From an uncultured Gammaproteobacteria bacterium (GTDB lineage Bacteria; Patescibacteriota; Microgenomatia; Daviesbacterales; UBA10151): a stretch of DNA of 64,000 bases. Under the pieces are notes generated by a model. It made no database searches. It worked only from the letters and a program-made list of their open reading frames with translations, and was not told where the DNA came from. Made by a program: the position numbers and the translations under genes. Below are positions 9,629 through 19,913 of this stretch, in pieces; position 1 is the stretch's first letter; each line of letters starts with the position of its first letter. The DNA is taken from the NCBI GenBank assembly GCA_964500725.1, contig CAZCNP010000001.1, positions 138,950 to 202,949 of the forward strand. Reading direction: 5' to 3'.

Positions 9629-10059
9629 TTTCCCCACAACAAAGTACTCTAATTTGCAGAGATGTGCTATAATTCAGTTATTATATTTTATTCTATAAGC
9701 CTAGCTTGAAATTCTCGCTATACTCAAATTATAGGATAGCCTATGAGTACTAAAGAAGGTCTGTCACCCGGGTTACCAGACCAGAACCAAGAAAAAAACA
9801 GCGCTCCTTCCACAGAGACACCGTTACCAGATAACGTTATATTAAATTGCTTATTAAGTCAAGTAGGAAAAAAAAAGCAGCTATTTTTTTTGCAGCTGCT
9901 GGAACAGTAAACTCCAGTTTAACTGTCTCATCAGCTGGCTTAACATCATCAACTATCTCTTGTCCTGATGTAACTGTTCAACAAGCAGTAGGACCCTGGA
10001 TACAGGCTGTTGGTGATGTTCATTCAAACTCAGGGATAAATGCTGCTGGAGGACCATAA
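9629..10059 (+). pseudogene. Collapsed duplicate of the 3215-8160 cassette (R1 copy B joined to R2 copy B)
   Basis: Promoter plus MSTKEG...NQEKNSAPSTETPL fragment (ATG 9743) followed by a copy of the last ~54 codons of the 1053-aa gene. Confidence 0.75.
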
Positions 10060-10100
10060 TAACAAATGAAAATGGAAAATGTAAAATTGATAATTTAATA

Positions 10101-10466
10101 TTATCTCTTCTTAATATTCTTTTGGGAACAGGACAGACAATATTGGGCTGAAGGTAAAGCTAAAAGTCTTTCTGTCTCAATCTGCTTACCACAATTATCA
10201 CATTTGCCATATGTGCCAATCTTGATCTTGGAAAGAGCAATTTTTATTATACTGTTCATTCTAATCAGTTGGGCTTTTATAACCTCAGATTTAGTATGTG
10301 TATCAGCAATGTATGAATCAGTCCCAGGCTCTGAAGATTCTGCCAAAGCAGGAGACTTGGCCGGATCATCTTCTTCTATATCTCTGATGCTTTGATCAAC
10401 CTCTTTTTTCTGCCTTTGCAGGTATTTATGAAGAAAATCCAGGGTTTGTTTAGGAAAATTTAACAT
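10101..10466 (-). CDS. TraR/DksA C4-type zinc finger protein
   Basis: GTYGKCDNCG..I..ERL...P.A.YCLSC. Confidence 0.85.
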   Translation of the reverse strand: MLNFPKQTLDFLHKYLQRQKKEVDQSIRDIEEDDPAKSPALAESSEPGTDSYIADTHTKSEVIKAQLIRMNSIIKIALSKIKIGTYGKCDNCGKQIETERLLALPSAQYCLSCSQKNIKKR

Positions 10467-11304
10467 TTGATTTTTTGAGTAATTTTTTTAGGTTTCTAAC
10501 TTTCCAGCTGATATTTGTTTTCTGATTATACCAGCTTTTACTTAAGTTTTGCATACTCAAAGATCTTAACACATTTTTTGCATGCGCCAGCGGATTTTGT
10601 CTGGTAACTTTATAAAAAATAGTCAGCCCTAACAGGACAAAAACAGCAGAAAAAAATGCCCCTGAATGATCTACCCTGAAAGGCTCAAGTATCAGCTTGA
10701 TAATACCTATATAAATAAATCCCAAACTGACAATCTTGCCTCTTTGATGAAAATGAATTGCCTGAGACCAGAGTAAACGCAAGGCTGCCAATAAAAATAA
10801 TGCCTCCACAATCTGGACAGGCCATCTCTTGCCTATGCTTCCCAGCATAGCAATTGAAAAAAATGCTTCTGAAGGAGCCCCAACGCCACACCCACCTAAA
10901 AAGCAACCAATGTTAGACAAAACTAATGCTCCTATTAAACCTACCGCGGCAATATCGGCAACTTGCCAAAAGTCCAAACGTTTATTTCTGGTAAGGAAAA
11001 ATAATGTCAGCCATCCCCCTAAAACTCCTCCCCAAAAAGAAAAACCCGGAAACTTATTAATTAAAATCAAATTCAAAGGTGAAGCCATAAATAATTGCAG
11101 ATGTGAAATTACAAAATATAATCTTGCTCCTGCAAGCCCTCCCAAAAAGGTTAGCAGAGTGAAATCTAAAATCTTTTCCTCATCCAGATCCCAAGCGCGG
11201 GCAAGTCTCCAAACCAAAAATATTCCCAGTAAAAACCCCAGCGCCAGAAAAACACCATATGATGAAACAGATAATTTGCCCACAGAGAAAAGCACTGGAA
11301 ACAT
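10450..11304 (-). CDS. lgt: Prolipoprotein diacylglyceryl transferase family
   Basis: MFPVLF, YG, GARLYFV, FWGG, IGCFLGGC, PVQIVE. Confidence 0.8.
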   Translation of the reverse strand: MFPVLFSVGKLSVSSYGVFLALGFLLGIFLVWRLARAWDLDEEKILDFTLLTFLGGLAGARLYFVISHLQLFMASPLNLILINKFPGFSFWGGVLGGWLTLFFLTRNKRLDFWQVADIAAVGLIGALVLSNIGCFLGGCGVGAPSEAFFSIAMLGSIGKRWPVQIVEALFLLAALRLLWSQAIHFHQRGKIVSLGFIYIGIIKLILEPFRVDHSGAFFSAVFVLLGLTIFYKVTRQNPLAHAKNVLRSLSMQNLSKSWYNQKTNISWKVRNLKKLLKKSNVKFS

Positions 11305-11370
11305 ATCGCTCTAGCCTACCACAAAGTCCACATTTGAATCAAATTGACAAAGGGGGTATACTGAATAGTT

Positions 11371-11814
11371 GTGACCGCTACCGCGCATGCATTAATAGGA
11401 GGAGCAATTGCTGCCTCTATTTCCAACCCTGCTGTTGGCATCCCGCTGGTTGCCATCTCCCATCCCCTGGTTGATATGATTCCCCACTGGGATTTTGGAC
11501 TGGGCTGGAAGAAAAAAAGTAAAACTTTACTTTTTTTACAATCTTTTGGAGATTTAGTCTTTGGAGTAGTTTTAACTTTTCTGCTTTTTGGCAATACAAC
11601 AGATAACCTTTATCTTCTGCTAGCTATCTTTATTTCTGAATCTTGGGATCTTTTACAAATGCCTTATTTACTGCTTAACTGGAAATTCTTTCCTTTTTCT
11701 GCCTTTTATAATTTTGGGCATTATACTAATGGTAAAGCCAAAATGCCTTGGGGAATCTTAACGCAGGCCGCCACAGTTGGCGGTTTAGTTTTAGTTTTGA
11801 GAATTTTCCACTAA
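11371..11814 (+). CDS. Membrane protein, putative metal-dependent hydrolase
   Basis: AHALIG...SHPLVDMIPHWD His/Asp pattern. Confidence 0.6.
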   Translation: MTATAHALIGGAIAASISNPAVGIPLVAISHPLVDMIPHWDFGLGWKKKSKTLLFLQSFGDLVFGVVLTFLLFGNTTDNLYLLLAIFISESWDLLQMPYLLLNWKFFPFSAFYNFGHYTNGKAKMPWGILTQAATVGGLVLVLRIFH

Positions 11815-12684
11815 ATCTTTTAAATACTTATCAAAATCTTCCCCAATTTCAGGGTGCTTTCTGGCTAAATCTACTACAGTTTTCATATATTCCAATTTAT
11901 TCCCAGTATCATAATATTTACCATTTTGCACCTCTACTGCATACAAAGGCACTCCTTCTTCTTTTAGCAAGTTTATAGCATCTACTAGCCAAATTTCTCC
12001 ACCTTTTCCTGGATCAAGCTTTTTTAAAGCGGCAAAAATTTCTGGAGGCAAAATATAGGCTCCATGGGTGGCTATATTTGAAGGGGCTTGATCTGGATCT
12101 GGTTTTTCTACAATTTTTTTAATTTTATAAACATTACCTTCTACCGGTTCTAAATCAGCTATGCCATATCTTTTTAAATCTTCCTTTTTTTCAATCTTTA
12201 CCCCAGAAATTACCATACCACCATATTTTTCATATACATCTATCATCTGTTTAAGCCTGGGGGGCTCTGCATAAATGAACTCATCACCCCAAATAACAGC
12301 AAATGGCTCATTACCTATAACTGGTTCTCCAGCCAAAACAGGGGTACCATTACCATAAGGGCCTTTTTGACGGATATAAATAAAGTTAGCCATATCAGCA
12401 ATACGATTTACTTGCTCAAGCATTTTTTCTTTTTGACCATTTACTAAATTCTGAACCAGATCCTGATTAGGAACATCAAAATGATCCTCAATTGCCCTTT
12501 TAGTAGAACCTGTCACAATAACAATATCTTCTATGCCTGAGGCTACTATCTCTTCTACTACATACTGAATAACAGGCTTATCAACAATAGGCAGCATTTC
12601 TTTGGGCATGGCCTTGGTTTGAGGAAGGAATCTGGTCCCAAATCCAGCTGCTGGTATCAAAGCTTTAGTGATTTTCTTTGCCAT
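11791..12684 (-). CDS. galU: UTP--glucose-1-phosphate uridylyltransferase
   Basis: PAAGFGTRFLPQTKAMPKEMLPIVDKP, VEKP. Confidence 0.92.
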   Translation of the reverse strand: MAKKITKALIPAAGFGTRFLPQTKAMPKEMLPIVDKPVIQYVVEEIVASGIEDIVIVTGSTKRAIEDHFDVPNQDLVQNLVNGQKEKMLEQVNRIADMANFIYIRQKGPYGNGTPVLAGEPVIGNEPFAVIWGDEFIYAEPPRLKQMIDVYEKYGGMVISGVKIEKKEDLKRYGIADLEPVEGNVYKIKKIVEKPDPDQAPSNIATHGAYILPPEIFAALKKLDPGKGGEIWLVDAINLLKEEGVPLYAVEVQNGKYYDTGNKLEYMKTVVDLARKHPEIGEDFDKYLKDLVENSQN

Positions 12685-12702
12685 AACTTCAATTAGTATA
12701 TA

Positions 12703-13272
12703 CTATTTCACTCTTTCTATGTATTCTCCGCTTCTTGTATCTACTTTAACTTTCTCCCCAATATTCATAAACATAGGAACTTTGACTACCAAACCATTAT
12801 CTAAAACTGCTTCTTTAAAAACATTAGAAACAGTATTTCCCTTCTCCCCAGGTCCTGTCTCAGTAATAGAATAAACCAGGCTCATTGGCAGTTCCAAACC
12901 TAAAGCTTCTCCTTCTGACACAATTAGTATCAAATCTAACCCATCTCTTAAATATTTTGCTTGGTCCCCTATTACTTGAGAAGAGATAGTAAATTGTTCA
13001 AAAGATACAGGATCCATAAAATTAAATATATCTCCGTCTCGGTAAAGGAACTGGGCCTTTTTCTTTTCAACATTTGCCTCATCAACCCTGGCACCAGTAA
13101 TAAAGGTTCTTTCAATCACTGCTCCTGTTCTCACATTTTTGGTTTTCACCTTAATAGTCCCGCTTCCCCTGCCCATTTTGACATGTTCATAGGTTACAAC
13201 CAGCAAGATATTATTGCCCTCTTTAAAAAAGGTGCCATTTCTTAAATCTGTTACATTTAAAGCCATGCTCAA
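12703..13272 (-). CDS. efp: Elongation factor P
   Basis: EHVKMGRG, FMDPVSFEQ, KGNTVS, VDTRSGEY. Confidence 0.93.
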   Translation of the reverse strand: MSMALNVTDLRNGTFFKEGNNILLVVTYEHVKMGRGSGTIKVKTKNVRTGAVIERTFITGARVDEANVEKKKAQFLYRDGDIFNFMDPVSFEQFTISSQVIGDQAKYLRDGLDLILIVSEGEALGLELPMSLVYSITETGPGEKGNTVSNVFKEAVLDNGLVVKVPMFMNIGEKVKVDTRSGEYIERVK

Positions 13273-13313
13273 GATTTTATCATAATTTCCCTTAACTTGT
13301 ATAATATTTATAA

Positions 13314-13676
13314 ATGCCGAGAGAAATTGATTTATTAAATTTAGGGAGCATTAACACAAGACAACATCATGCTATTACAAAACCCTGGTTTCGCAGTGTT
13401 GTAGTCGGAGGACCTTATGAAAACAGAACCGTAGCAGAGGCAGAAAAAGTGCTGATCTCATTAAATGAAGCAGACTTTAATATACCTCAAGCCAATGAAA
13501 CTGTTATTACTTCTTTAGAAATTGGTGATTCTTATGTACTAAAAGGCAGCGCTGATACTTTATTAATACACGGGGTAAACGATGGATTCCATGGATCTAA
13601 GTTGCTGGATCACCCTTTAAGAAATATAATTGCTGATAAGTTACTATCTCTTTTTAACCAAGCTGCATTTGAGTAG
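13314..13676 (+). CDS. Hypothetical protein
   Basis: 120-aa ORF with TATAAT 8 nt upstream; 3' end overlaps the convergent aminopeptidase gene. Confidence 0.45.
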   Translation: MPREIDLLNLGSINTRQHHAITKPWFRSVVVGGPYENRTVAEAEKVLISLNEADFNIPQANETVITSLEIGDSYVLKGSADTLLIHGVNDGFHGSKLLDHPLRNIIADKLLSLFNQAAFE

Positions 13677-16126
13677 ATTTGCTCCAAAGCCTGGGCTATA
13701 GTTCTTTTTGCCTCAGGAACTGGATTTTTAGAAACAAACTTTTCTATATCTTTGGCATCTTCTAACTTGGTAAACTGGGCTGCTGGACCAAATACCCTGG
13801 TAAAGTAATGCCCCCCTGCATATCTTTCTTTTAATAATTGCCAATTCTCCTTCACAAATTCCCAGGCTAAATATCTTCCATGGGGATTTCCCCAAACTGA
13901 GGCTATAATTTGTAAGCTGTTTTGAAACCTTACATGTTTGGAAATAGAAAAATCGAGAGTTTTTTCCAACAAAGTTTTTGCAGGAAATAAACCTAAAGCC
14001 CTGCCTATTCTATCCTTTTCCTGCTGATTATCTTCTTTTTTATACATCTCAATTAAAGTATCAAATTCTCCTGTACCTCCATTTTCAGCAACCAGATTGT
14101 AAACAACCCCTCTTAAATCTGGATCAATATTTCCTTTTTTAAGTAGATCTTGGGCTTTTTTGATTGTTTCCCTATCCCCAAAAGAACCTAATTTATACAA
14201 AACCATCCCTCTTAACAGTCCATCAGTATGTCTTTCTTTTTCTTTTTTCTGCCAACCCATCTTACTTGCTATCAGTTGGTAAAGATCTCTGCCATAATCT
14301 TGGAACTGAGGATAAAAGGGCTCTAGAGCAAACAAACTATCCAACTGGCTTATATGCCCAGTCAGCTCTGCCCAAACTGTATAATCTTCTTCATTTTTAT
14401 AGTTTTGGGCAAATTCTAATGAAAGATCTGTCGCGACATTTCCAGACTGGGCTAAATCAAAAATATCTCTGATCAAACCTAGCCTATCAGGAGCAACTAA
14501 CTTCTTATTAGCTATAGAAGCTTTAAGCTTCTCTAAGTAATCTTTTTGATATTCAACTCTAACTAAAGAAGCCTCATCTGTATTTAATTTTTCCCCTTTA
14601 TTGGAAATCTCCAACCTCTTTTTGCTCATCAAAAATTGTTCTTTTCCAGCTTTTAGAGGAATACTCCAAATGGTCGTGTCATTAGTTTGTTTTTTAGATA
14701 TCGGAGAAGAAAAAAACCTAGACTGTGTCAATTGCAACCTGTTACCTGTGGCTTGTACTTTTATTAATGGGTGTCCTGGCTTACCAGTCCAGTTAGCCAT
14801 AATTTTTCCCACAGGCTTTTTGGAAACTTTTTCTAAAGCTGCCCACAAATCTTCTGTTTGGGCATTACTAAAGCTATGCTTTTTTAAGTAATGCTGCAAT
14901 CCCTTTTGAAAATCTTTCTCACCTAAATACTTCCACAGCATCCTTAAAACTGAGGCTCCTTTTGAATAACTAACCTTATCAAAAATTTCAGAAATCTCTG
15001 CTGGATGGCCAACTGGAACCTCAATTGGATGGGTATTTTTCAAGGCATCCAAAGAGAATGCTTCTCCCATCTCGTTTGCTATAAATTGAGTCCAGATATC
15101 CCATTGGGGGAAAATATTATCTATTGCCAAATATTCAATAAAAGAGGCAAAACCTTCATTTAACCAAAGGTGAGTCCACCACTCCATAGTTACTAAATTT
15201 CCAAACCACTGGTGGGCAAGCTCATGAGCAATAACCAAAGCCACCCATTGTTTATTAGCAGTTGAGGATCTTTCCTCATCAATTAGCAGGGTTGATTCTC
15301 TGTAAGTCACAGCTCCCCAATTTTCCATAGCCCCAGCAGCAAAATCCGGTATAGCTATCATGTCCAATACTGGTAAAGGATAATCTATACCAAAATAATC
15401 TTCATAAAAATCTAATACTTTTATTGCTACATCCAAAGCAAACTTGGCTTGGTTTTTCTTGCCAGGTGTAGTAAACACCCTTATCCCTTTCCGCTTTCCG
15501 CTTTCCCCTTGTATAAATTCAAATTCTCCGACAATAAATGCCAGAAGATAGGTAGACATTTTAGGAGTTGGGGCAAATTCAATTAATTTATATCCACTTT
15601 CATGTTCTGAAATATTTTCTTCAATGGTATTAGAAATAGCTGTAGTATGTTTTGGAACCAGCAAGCTTACATCAAATACAGCTTTATGAGCTGGTTCATC
15701 AAAACAAGGAAAAGCCCTTCTTGCATCTGTTGATTCAAACTGAGTTGTTGCCAAATGTTTTGCTTGTCCATTGTTATCATATTTACTCCTATAAAAACCT
15801 CTCATCTTATCATTTAGAACACCTTTAAAAATAAGTTTTAACTCACCCTTACCTATCTGGACTTGTTTAGGAAAAGTAAAAGTAGCAGTTTCGCTCTTCT
15901 TATCGTAAGAAATTTTCCCTGCCCAAGTTTCTTTTCCTTGGTGGATAAATTCTGCTGATTCTATTTCTAAATCAACTGAATGGAGAGTAATTTCTTGAGT
16001 GGGTTTATCTATCAAAAGGTAAATTGTTTCTTCACCAGTAAAAGTAAATTCATCTAAATTAGGCCTTAGTAAAATTTTATACCTTTCAGGCTTTATATAA
16101 GCTGGAAGTCTGTGTGGATTTCTCAT
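13610..16126 (-). CDS. pepN: M1 family aminopeptidase (puromycin-sensitive/ERAP1-like)
   Basis: GAMENWG, HELAHQW-x18-E (NEGFA), YSKG. Confidence 0.9.
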   Translation of the reverse strand: MRNPHRLPAYIKPERYKILLRPNLDEFTFTGEETIYLLIDKPTQEITLHSVDLEIESAEFIHQGKETWAGKISYDKKSETATFTFPKQVQIGKGELKLIFKGVLNDKMRGFYRSKYDNNGQAKHLATTQFESTDARRAFPCFDEPAHKAVFDVSLLVPKHTTAISNTIEENISEHESGYKLIEFAPTPKMSTYLLAFIVGEFEFIQGESGKRKGIRVFTTPGKKNQAKFALDVAIKVLDFYEDYFGIDYPLPVLDMIAIPDFAAGAMENWGAVTYRESTLLIDEERSSTANKQWVALVIAHELAHQWFGNLVTMEWWTHLWLNEGFASFIEYLAIDNIFPQWDIWTQFIANEMGEAFSLDALKNTHPIEVPVGHPAEISEIFDKVSYSKGASVLRMLWKYLGEKDFQKGLQHYLKKHSFSNAQTEDLWAALEKVSKKPVGKIMANWTGKPGHPLIKVQATGNRLQLTQSRFFSSPISKKQTNDTTIWSIPLKAGKEQFLMSKKRLEISNKGEKLNTDEASLVRVEYQKDYLEKLKASIANKKLVAPDRLGLIRDIFDLAQSGNVATDLSLEFAQNYKNEEDYTVWAELTGHISQLDSLFALEPFYPQFQDYGRDLYQLIASKMGWQKKEKERHTDGLLRGMVLYKLGSFGDRETIKKAQDLLKKGNIDPDLRGVVYNLVAENGGTGEFDTLIEMYKKEDNQQEKDRIGRALGLFPAKTLLEKTLDFSISKHVRFQNSLQIIASVWGNPHGRYLAWEFVKENWQLLKERYAGGHYFTRVFGPAAQFTKLEDAKDIEKFVSKNPVPEAKRTIAQALEQIYSNAAWLKRDSNLSAIIFLKG

Positions 16127-16166
16127 TCTGTGAGTTTATCTCAAAAATTGGTATAATTCAATGTAC

Positions 16167-16250
16167 GCCGGGGTGGTGGAACAGCAGACACGTATCTCTC
16201 AAAAAGATATGAGCCAAAAGCTCGTGAGGGTGCAAATCCCTCTCCCGGTA
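16167..16250 (+). tRNA. tRNA-Leu(CAA)
   Basis: Acceptor GCCGGGG/TCCCGGT, anticodon arm TATCT-CTCAAAA-AGATA, long variable arm, T arm GAGGG-TGCAAAT-CCCTC. Confidence 0.93.
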
Positions 16251-16276
16251 CTCCAGGTATAATTATCTTAATTTAC

Positions 16277-16717
16277 CTAAAAATTAGCACATTTTTTATC
16301 AATACACTTGCATCCCTTTACCTCTATAAACCCACAAGTACTACTAACACCTAGTTCTTGACACCTTTTTTGAACCACATCAGGATGGGTTATTAGAGTA
16401 TTTTTATTGGCACAGCTTGGATTATAACCACAACAACTAGTAAAGTTTTTTACCTCACAATCATCATCTTTTTCGCAACTGTAATCTGGTTCAATAGATA
16501 CCATAGAATACTGCGTCCTTGTGGATCTAAAAGCGGAATTATCGTCTGTAATATTTATATTCTTAGAAGATTGAGATGCATTGGTCTGTTTGAGAATATT
16601 TACTTTCGTATCCTCTTTAACTTTTTTAAAATAGAAGGCACTCCCAACTATTAAAATAGATATAAGTAGAATCACTAAAATAAAAAATATCGATGAAGAC
16701 CCTCTTTGTTTATTCAC
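16277..16717 (-). CDS. Hypothetical exported Cys-rich protein with a pilin-like leader
   Basis: MNKQRG followed by a hydrophobic helix; Cys-rich C-terminus. Confidence 0.6.
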   Translation of the reverse strand: MNKQRGSSSIFFILVILLISILIVGSAFYFKKVKEDTKVNILKQTNASQSSKNINITDDNSAFRSTRTQYSMVSIEPDYSCEKDDDCEVKNFTSCCGYNPSCANKNTLITHPDVVQKRCQELGVSSTCGFIEVKGCKCIDKKCANF

Positions 16718-16801
16718 TTATTTAGTGTACTACATTTGAAGATAACGACGTATTTGAAAAATAGTTGACTCTTCCCCTTTATTTCTGTTACAAACATTAG
16801 G

Positions 16802-17359
16802 ATGAAAATAATAGGTTTAGTTGGAGAAAAGGGTTCTGGCAAACAGACCTTTGTTAACTTTTTAAAACAGATTGCCCCTAACTTAAATATCAGACAAGTC
16901 AGATTTTCAGATATTTTGGCTCAAACTTTGTTGATCTGGGATATTCCTATCACCAGACCTAACCTACAAAAACTCTCCTTAGTAATGAATGAGGCTTTTG
17001 GACAAGGGTCTTTGGCTAATGCTGCTAAATTTTCTATTGAAGGAGATACTGCTGATATAACTATCTTTGATGGAATAAGAAGAGAGGCAGAACTAAAACT
17101 TGTTAAATCTATGAAAAATAGCACCATAATCTATATAACAGCCCAGCAGGATTTAAGATATAAAAGATTAAAAGCAAGAAGTGAGAAAGTTGGAGAAACA
17201 GGTTTAACTTTTGAACAATTTTTAACAGAAGAAAATTCTAAAGCAGAGGGAAATATTGTTAATTTAGGCAAAAAAGCAGATATAAAAATTGAAAATAATG
17301 GTAGTTTAGAAGAGTTTAAAAAGAAAATTGAAGCCTTTGTAAAATCTAATAACTTTTAA
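16802..17359 (+). CDS. P-loop nucleotide kinase (dephospho-CoA/NMP kinase-like)
   Basis: IIGLVGEKGSGK, FDGIRR..E, ADIKIENNGS. Confidence 0.75.
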   Translation: MKIIGLVGEKGSGKQTFVNFLKQIAPNLNIRQVRFSDILAQTLLIWDIPITRPNLQKLSLVMNEAFGQGSLANAAKFSIEGDTADITIFDGIRREAELKLVKSMKNSTIIYITAQQDLRYKRLKARSEKVGETGLTFEQFLTEENSKAEGNIVNLGKKADIKIENNGSLEEFKKKIEAFVKSNNF

Positions 17360-18714
17360 GCAGCTGCTTTGGGAGATTCTGTTTTTTCTGCTGGTTTACT
17401 TCTAGCTTTTTCCATTCCATAAAATCTAGTCCTATCCCCTCTAAACATCAAATCTATCTCCCCTGTTGAACCATTCCTGTGTTTTTGAATATCCAGTTTA
17501 ACCTGCTCTGGATGTTCAGCATCTTCCCTCCAGATAAACATAACTACATCCGCATCCTGCTCAATTGCCCCTGACTCCCTTAAATCAGCAAGCTGAGGCT
17601 TTCTTGTTCCTCTTTGCTCAACAGCCCTGGAAAGTTGGGAAATTGCCAGAACTGGAACTTTTAACTCCCTGGCTAAGTTTTTTAAATTCTGGGAAATTTC
17701 TGAAACTTCTTGAACCCTATTTTCTAGGTTTCTTCCCTTAACAAGCTGCAAATAATCCACTATCAAAAACCTTAACCCATGCTCTACCTGCAGCCTTCTG
17801 GCTTTTGTCCTCATCTCAGAAATAGTAATTCCTGGAGTATCATCAATATAAATAGGCGCCTCAGCCAACTCACCCATGGCCAAGGAAAGTTTGTCAAAAT
17901 CCTTCTCATCTAAGCGTCCTGTTTTTAATTTCCAAGCATCTATATCTGCCTGTCCCACCAGCAACCTGTCTACTAACTCCTCCTGGCTCATTTCCAAAGA
18001 AAAAATTCCCACTGGCAGCCCTGCATTAACTGCTACATATTGGGCTATGTTTAAGGCCATAGAAGTTTTTCCCTGACCTGGACGAGAGGCTAAAATTATT
18101 AAATTAGAATCCTGCATACCAGCCAGTTTAGAATCCAAATCTCTAAAACCAGTAGGTACCCCTCGAAGCTTTCCAGAGGATTTTTGCAGCTCATCTAACC
18201 TATCAAAGGATTCTGTTAAAGCATCTTTAATGGGCCTAAAATCTCTGCTGACATGATCTTGAGAAATAGCAAAGATGCCTGCTTCAGCATTCTCCAGTAA
18301 TTGTTCAACTGGCTCTGTTTCATCATAAGCTTTTTGGATTAAGGCTGTAGCTTGGGAAATCAAATTTCTTCTAACAGCATGGTCACGAATAATCTTGGCA
18401 TAATGTTCAATATGGGCTGAGGTAGGAACAACATTCACCAGTGAGGCAAGATAAGCAGATCCTCCAACTTTATCATATGCGCTTTTTCTTTTTAGTTCCT
18501 CTGTTACAGTCACCAAATCTATTGGCTCACGCCTGTCAAATAAATCTTGAATTGCCTCAAAGATAGAACCATGCTGTTCAGATCTATAAAAGTTGCCGGG
18601 GTGTAAAATTTCTGAGATTCTAACGATGGCATCTTTATCAATTAAAAGAGCCCCCAAAAGGGATTGCTCTGCTTCTATATTTTGTGGGGGCAGCTTTGTA
18701 ATAGGTTGCGGCAT
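17356..18714 (-). CDS. dnaB: Replicative DNA helicase
   Basis: PPQNIEAEQ, ASRPGQGKT, IVDYLQL, DLRESGAIEQDAD. Confidence 0.97.
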   Translation of the reverse strand: MPQPITKLPPQNIEAEQSLLGALLIDKDAIVRISEILHPGNFYRSEQHGSIFEAIQDLFDRREPIDLVTVTEELKRKSAYDKVGGSAYLASLVNVVPTSAHIEHYAKIIRDHAVRRNLISQATALIQKAYDETEPVEQLLENAEAGIFAISQDHVSRDFRPIKDALTESFDRLDELQKSSGKLRGVPTGFRDLDSKLAGMQDSNLIILASRPGQGKTSMALNIAQYVAVNAGLPVGIFSLEMSQEELVDRLLVGQADIDAWKLKTGRLDEKDFDKLSLAMGELAEAPIYIDDTPGITISEMRTKARRLQVEHGLRFLIVDYLQLVKGRNLENRVQEVSEISQNLKNLARELKVPVLAISQLSRAVEQRGTRKPQLADLRESGAIEQDADVVMFIWREDAEHPEQVKLDIQKHRNGSTGEIDLMFRGDRTRFYGMEKARSKPAEKTESPKAAA

Positions 18715-18723
18715 TCTACACTC

Positions 18724-19380
18724 TTAACTCTTATTAAGTACCACTACTTGTGGTTCCTCAGGCAGCTTCTCTTTGGTGATTGAAAGCTTAGGTTGAGAAA
18801 CTACCCCTTCTGCGCCCGTTTCTTTCAAAAAGCTGTCTGCGCCTTCCAGTTCAAATTTTAATCCTTCAATTTTATAATGCATGGGAATAATAATTTTTGG
18901 CTCAAGTTGGGAAACAATTTCTGAGGCAACTTTAGCATCTGTAGTATAAATGGAACCTACAGGCACAAGTAAAATATCTGTCTGACCAATTTCTACAATT
19001 TGCTCCTCTGTTAACTTGCTTTGTCCTAGATCCCCTAGATGCACAATATCCAAATTATCAAAAAGCAAATGAAAAATAGTATTAGAACCTCTTTCAGACC
19101 CTTGAGAATCATCATGGAATGAGTTTATTCCAGTAATTACTACTCCTGAAACTTCATACTCTCCAGGTTTTTCAAAAACCATCGGTTTGCTTCCGTTTGC
19201 CGTACTGACTGCAGAAACAAAATTATGATCCTGGTGAGGATGGGTTGATAAAACTATATCTGCTTGCAAATCTTTAGGAGCTTTTAATCCAACATAATCT
19301 GGGTTATATGGATCTATGATTACAGTTGCATTTTTGCCTTTTATTTTAAAACATGCCTGACCATACCAATAGATGTCCAT
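18724..19380 (-). CDS. MBL-fold metallo-hydrolase
   Basis: YGQACF, STHPHQDHN, HLGDLG, IPMHY. Confidence 0.85.
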   Translation of the reverse strand: MDIYWYGQACFKIKGKNATVIIDPYNPDYVGLKAPKDLQADIVLSTHPHQDHNFVSAVSTANGSKPMVFEKPGEYEVSGVVITGINSFHDDSQGSERGSNTIFHLLFDNLDIVHLGDLGQSKLTEEQIVEIGQTDILLVPVGSIYTTDAKVASEIVSQLEPKIIIPMHYKIEGLKFELEGADSFLKETGAEGVVSQPKLSITKEKLPEEPQVVVLNKS

Positions 19381-19478
19381 TGTTTAAAAGATACTAGCAA
19401 AAAAACAAAACCTAAACAATCCCTCAATATTTTTTGAAGGTGCTTGCTAAATACTTTAGCAAAACGTAAAATATTCCC

Positions 19479-19913
19479 ATGAAGCTAGGGACAAAGCTTT
19501 CCACTAAGTCTTTTATTTTTTCCCATTTATTAATCTTGGTACTAGGCTTAATATTTTTAGGAAGCTTATATTATGTTTTAAATGTTGCCTACCAACCCCC
19601 TAAGAATGATTTTTTAAAAGGGCCTGTTACCTCCCCACCTAAAACTCTTCGGCTAGACCTGGACCAGCCGGAGCAAGATAGTCTATCTTATTCTTCTTCA
19701 ATAATTATTTCTGGAAAAACTAGTCCAAAAAAAGAAGTCTTAGTCTCTACTGATAATAATGATTTTGTCATTGAGTCAAAAATAGATGGCTCATTTTCCA
19801 CTATTTTAAATTTAGAAGAGGGAGTTAACAATATTACCGCTGTAGTATTTGATGCACTAGGAGATTCCAGATCAGCAAGCCGTACAGTCTACTATTCAAA
19901 GGAGAAACTATGA
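19479..19913 (+). CDS. Membrane-anchored Ig-like domain protein
   Basis: TM helix plus ISGKT...DGSFS...L.EG.N.I. Confidence 0.6.
   Translation: MKLGTKLSTKSFIFSHLLILVLGLIFLGSLYYVLNVAYQPPKNDFLKGPVTSPPKTLRLDLDQPEQDSLSYSSSIIISGKTSPKKEVLVSTDNNDFVIESKIDGSFSTILNLEEGVNNITAVVFDALGDSRSASRTVYYSKEKL

Noticed and set aside
7997-10059. Diversity-generating retroelement (C-terminal VR with a nearby TR)
   Set aside because: Mismatches between the copies are not confined to adenines (C/T, A/G and C/G differences occur) and no reverse transcriptase is present in the window
16167-16717. tRNA-Leu as an integration site for an island
   Set aside because: No duplicated tRNA 3' end or tyrosine integrase was found nearby
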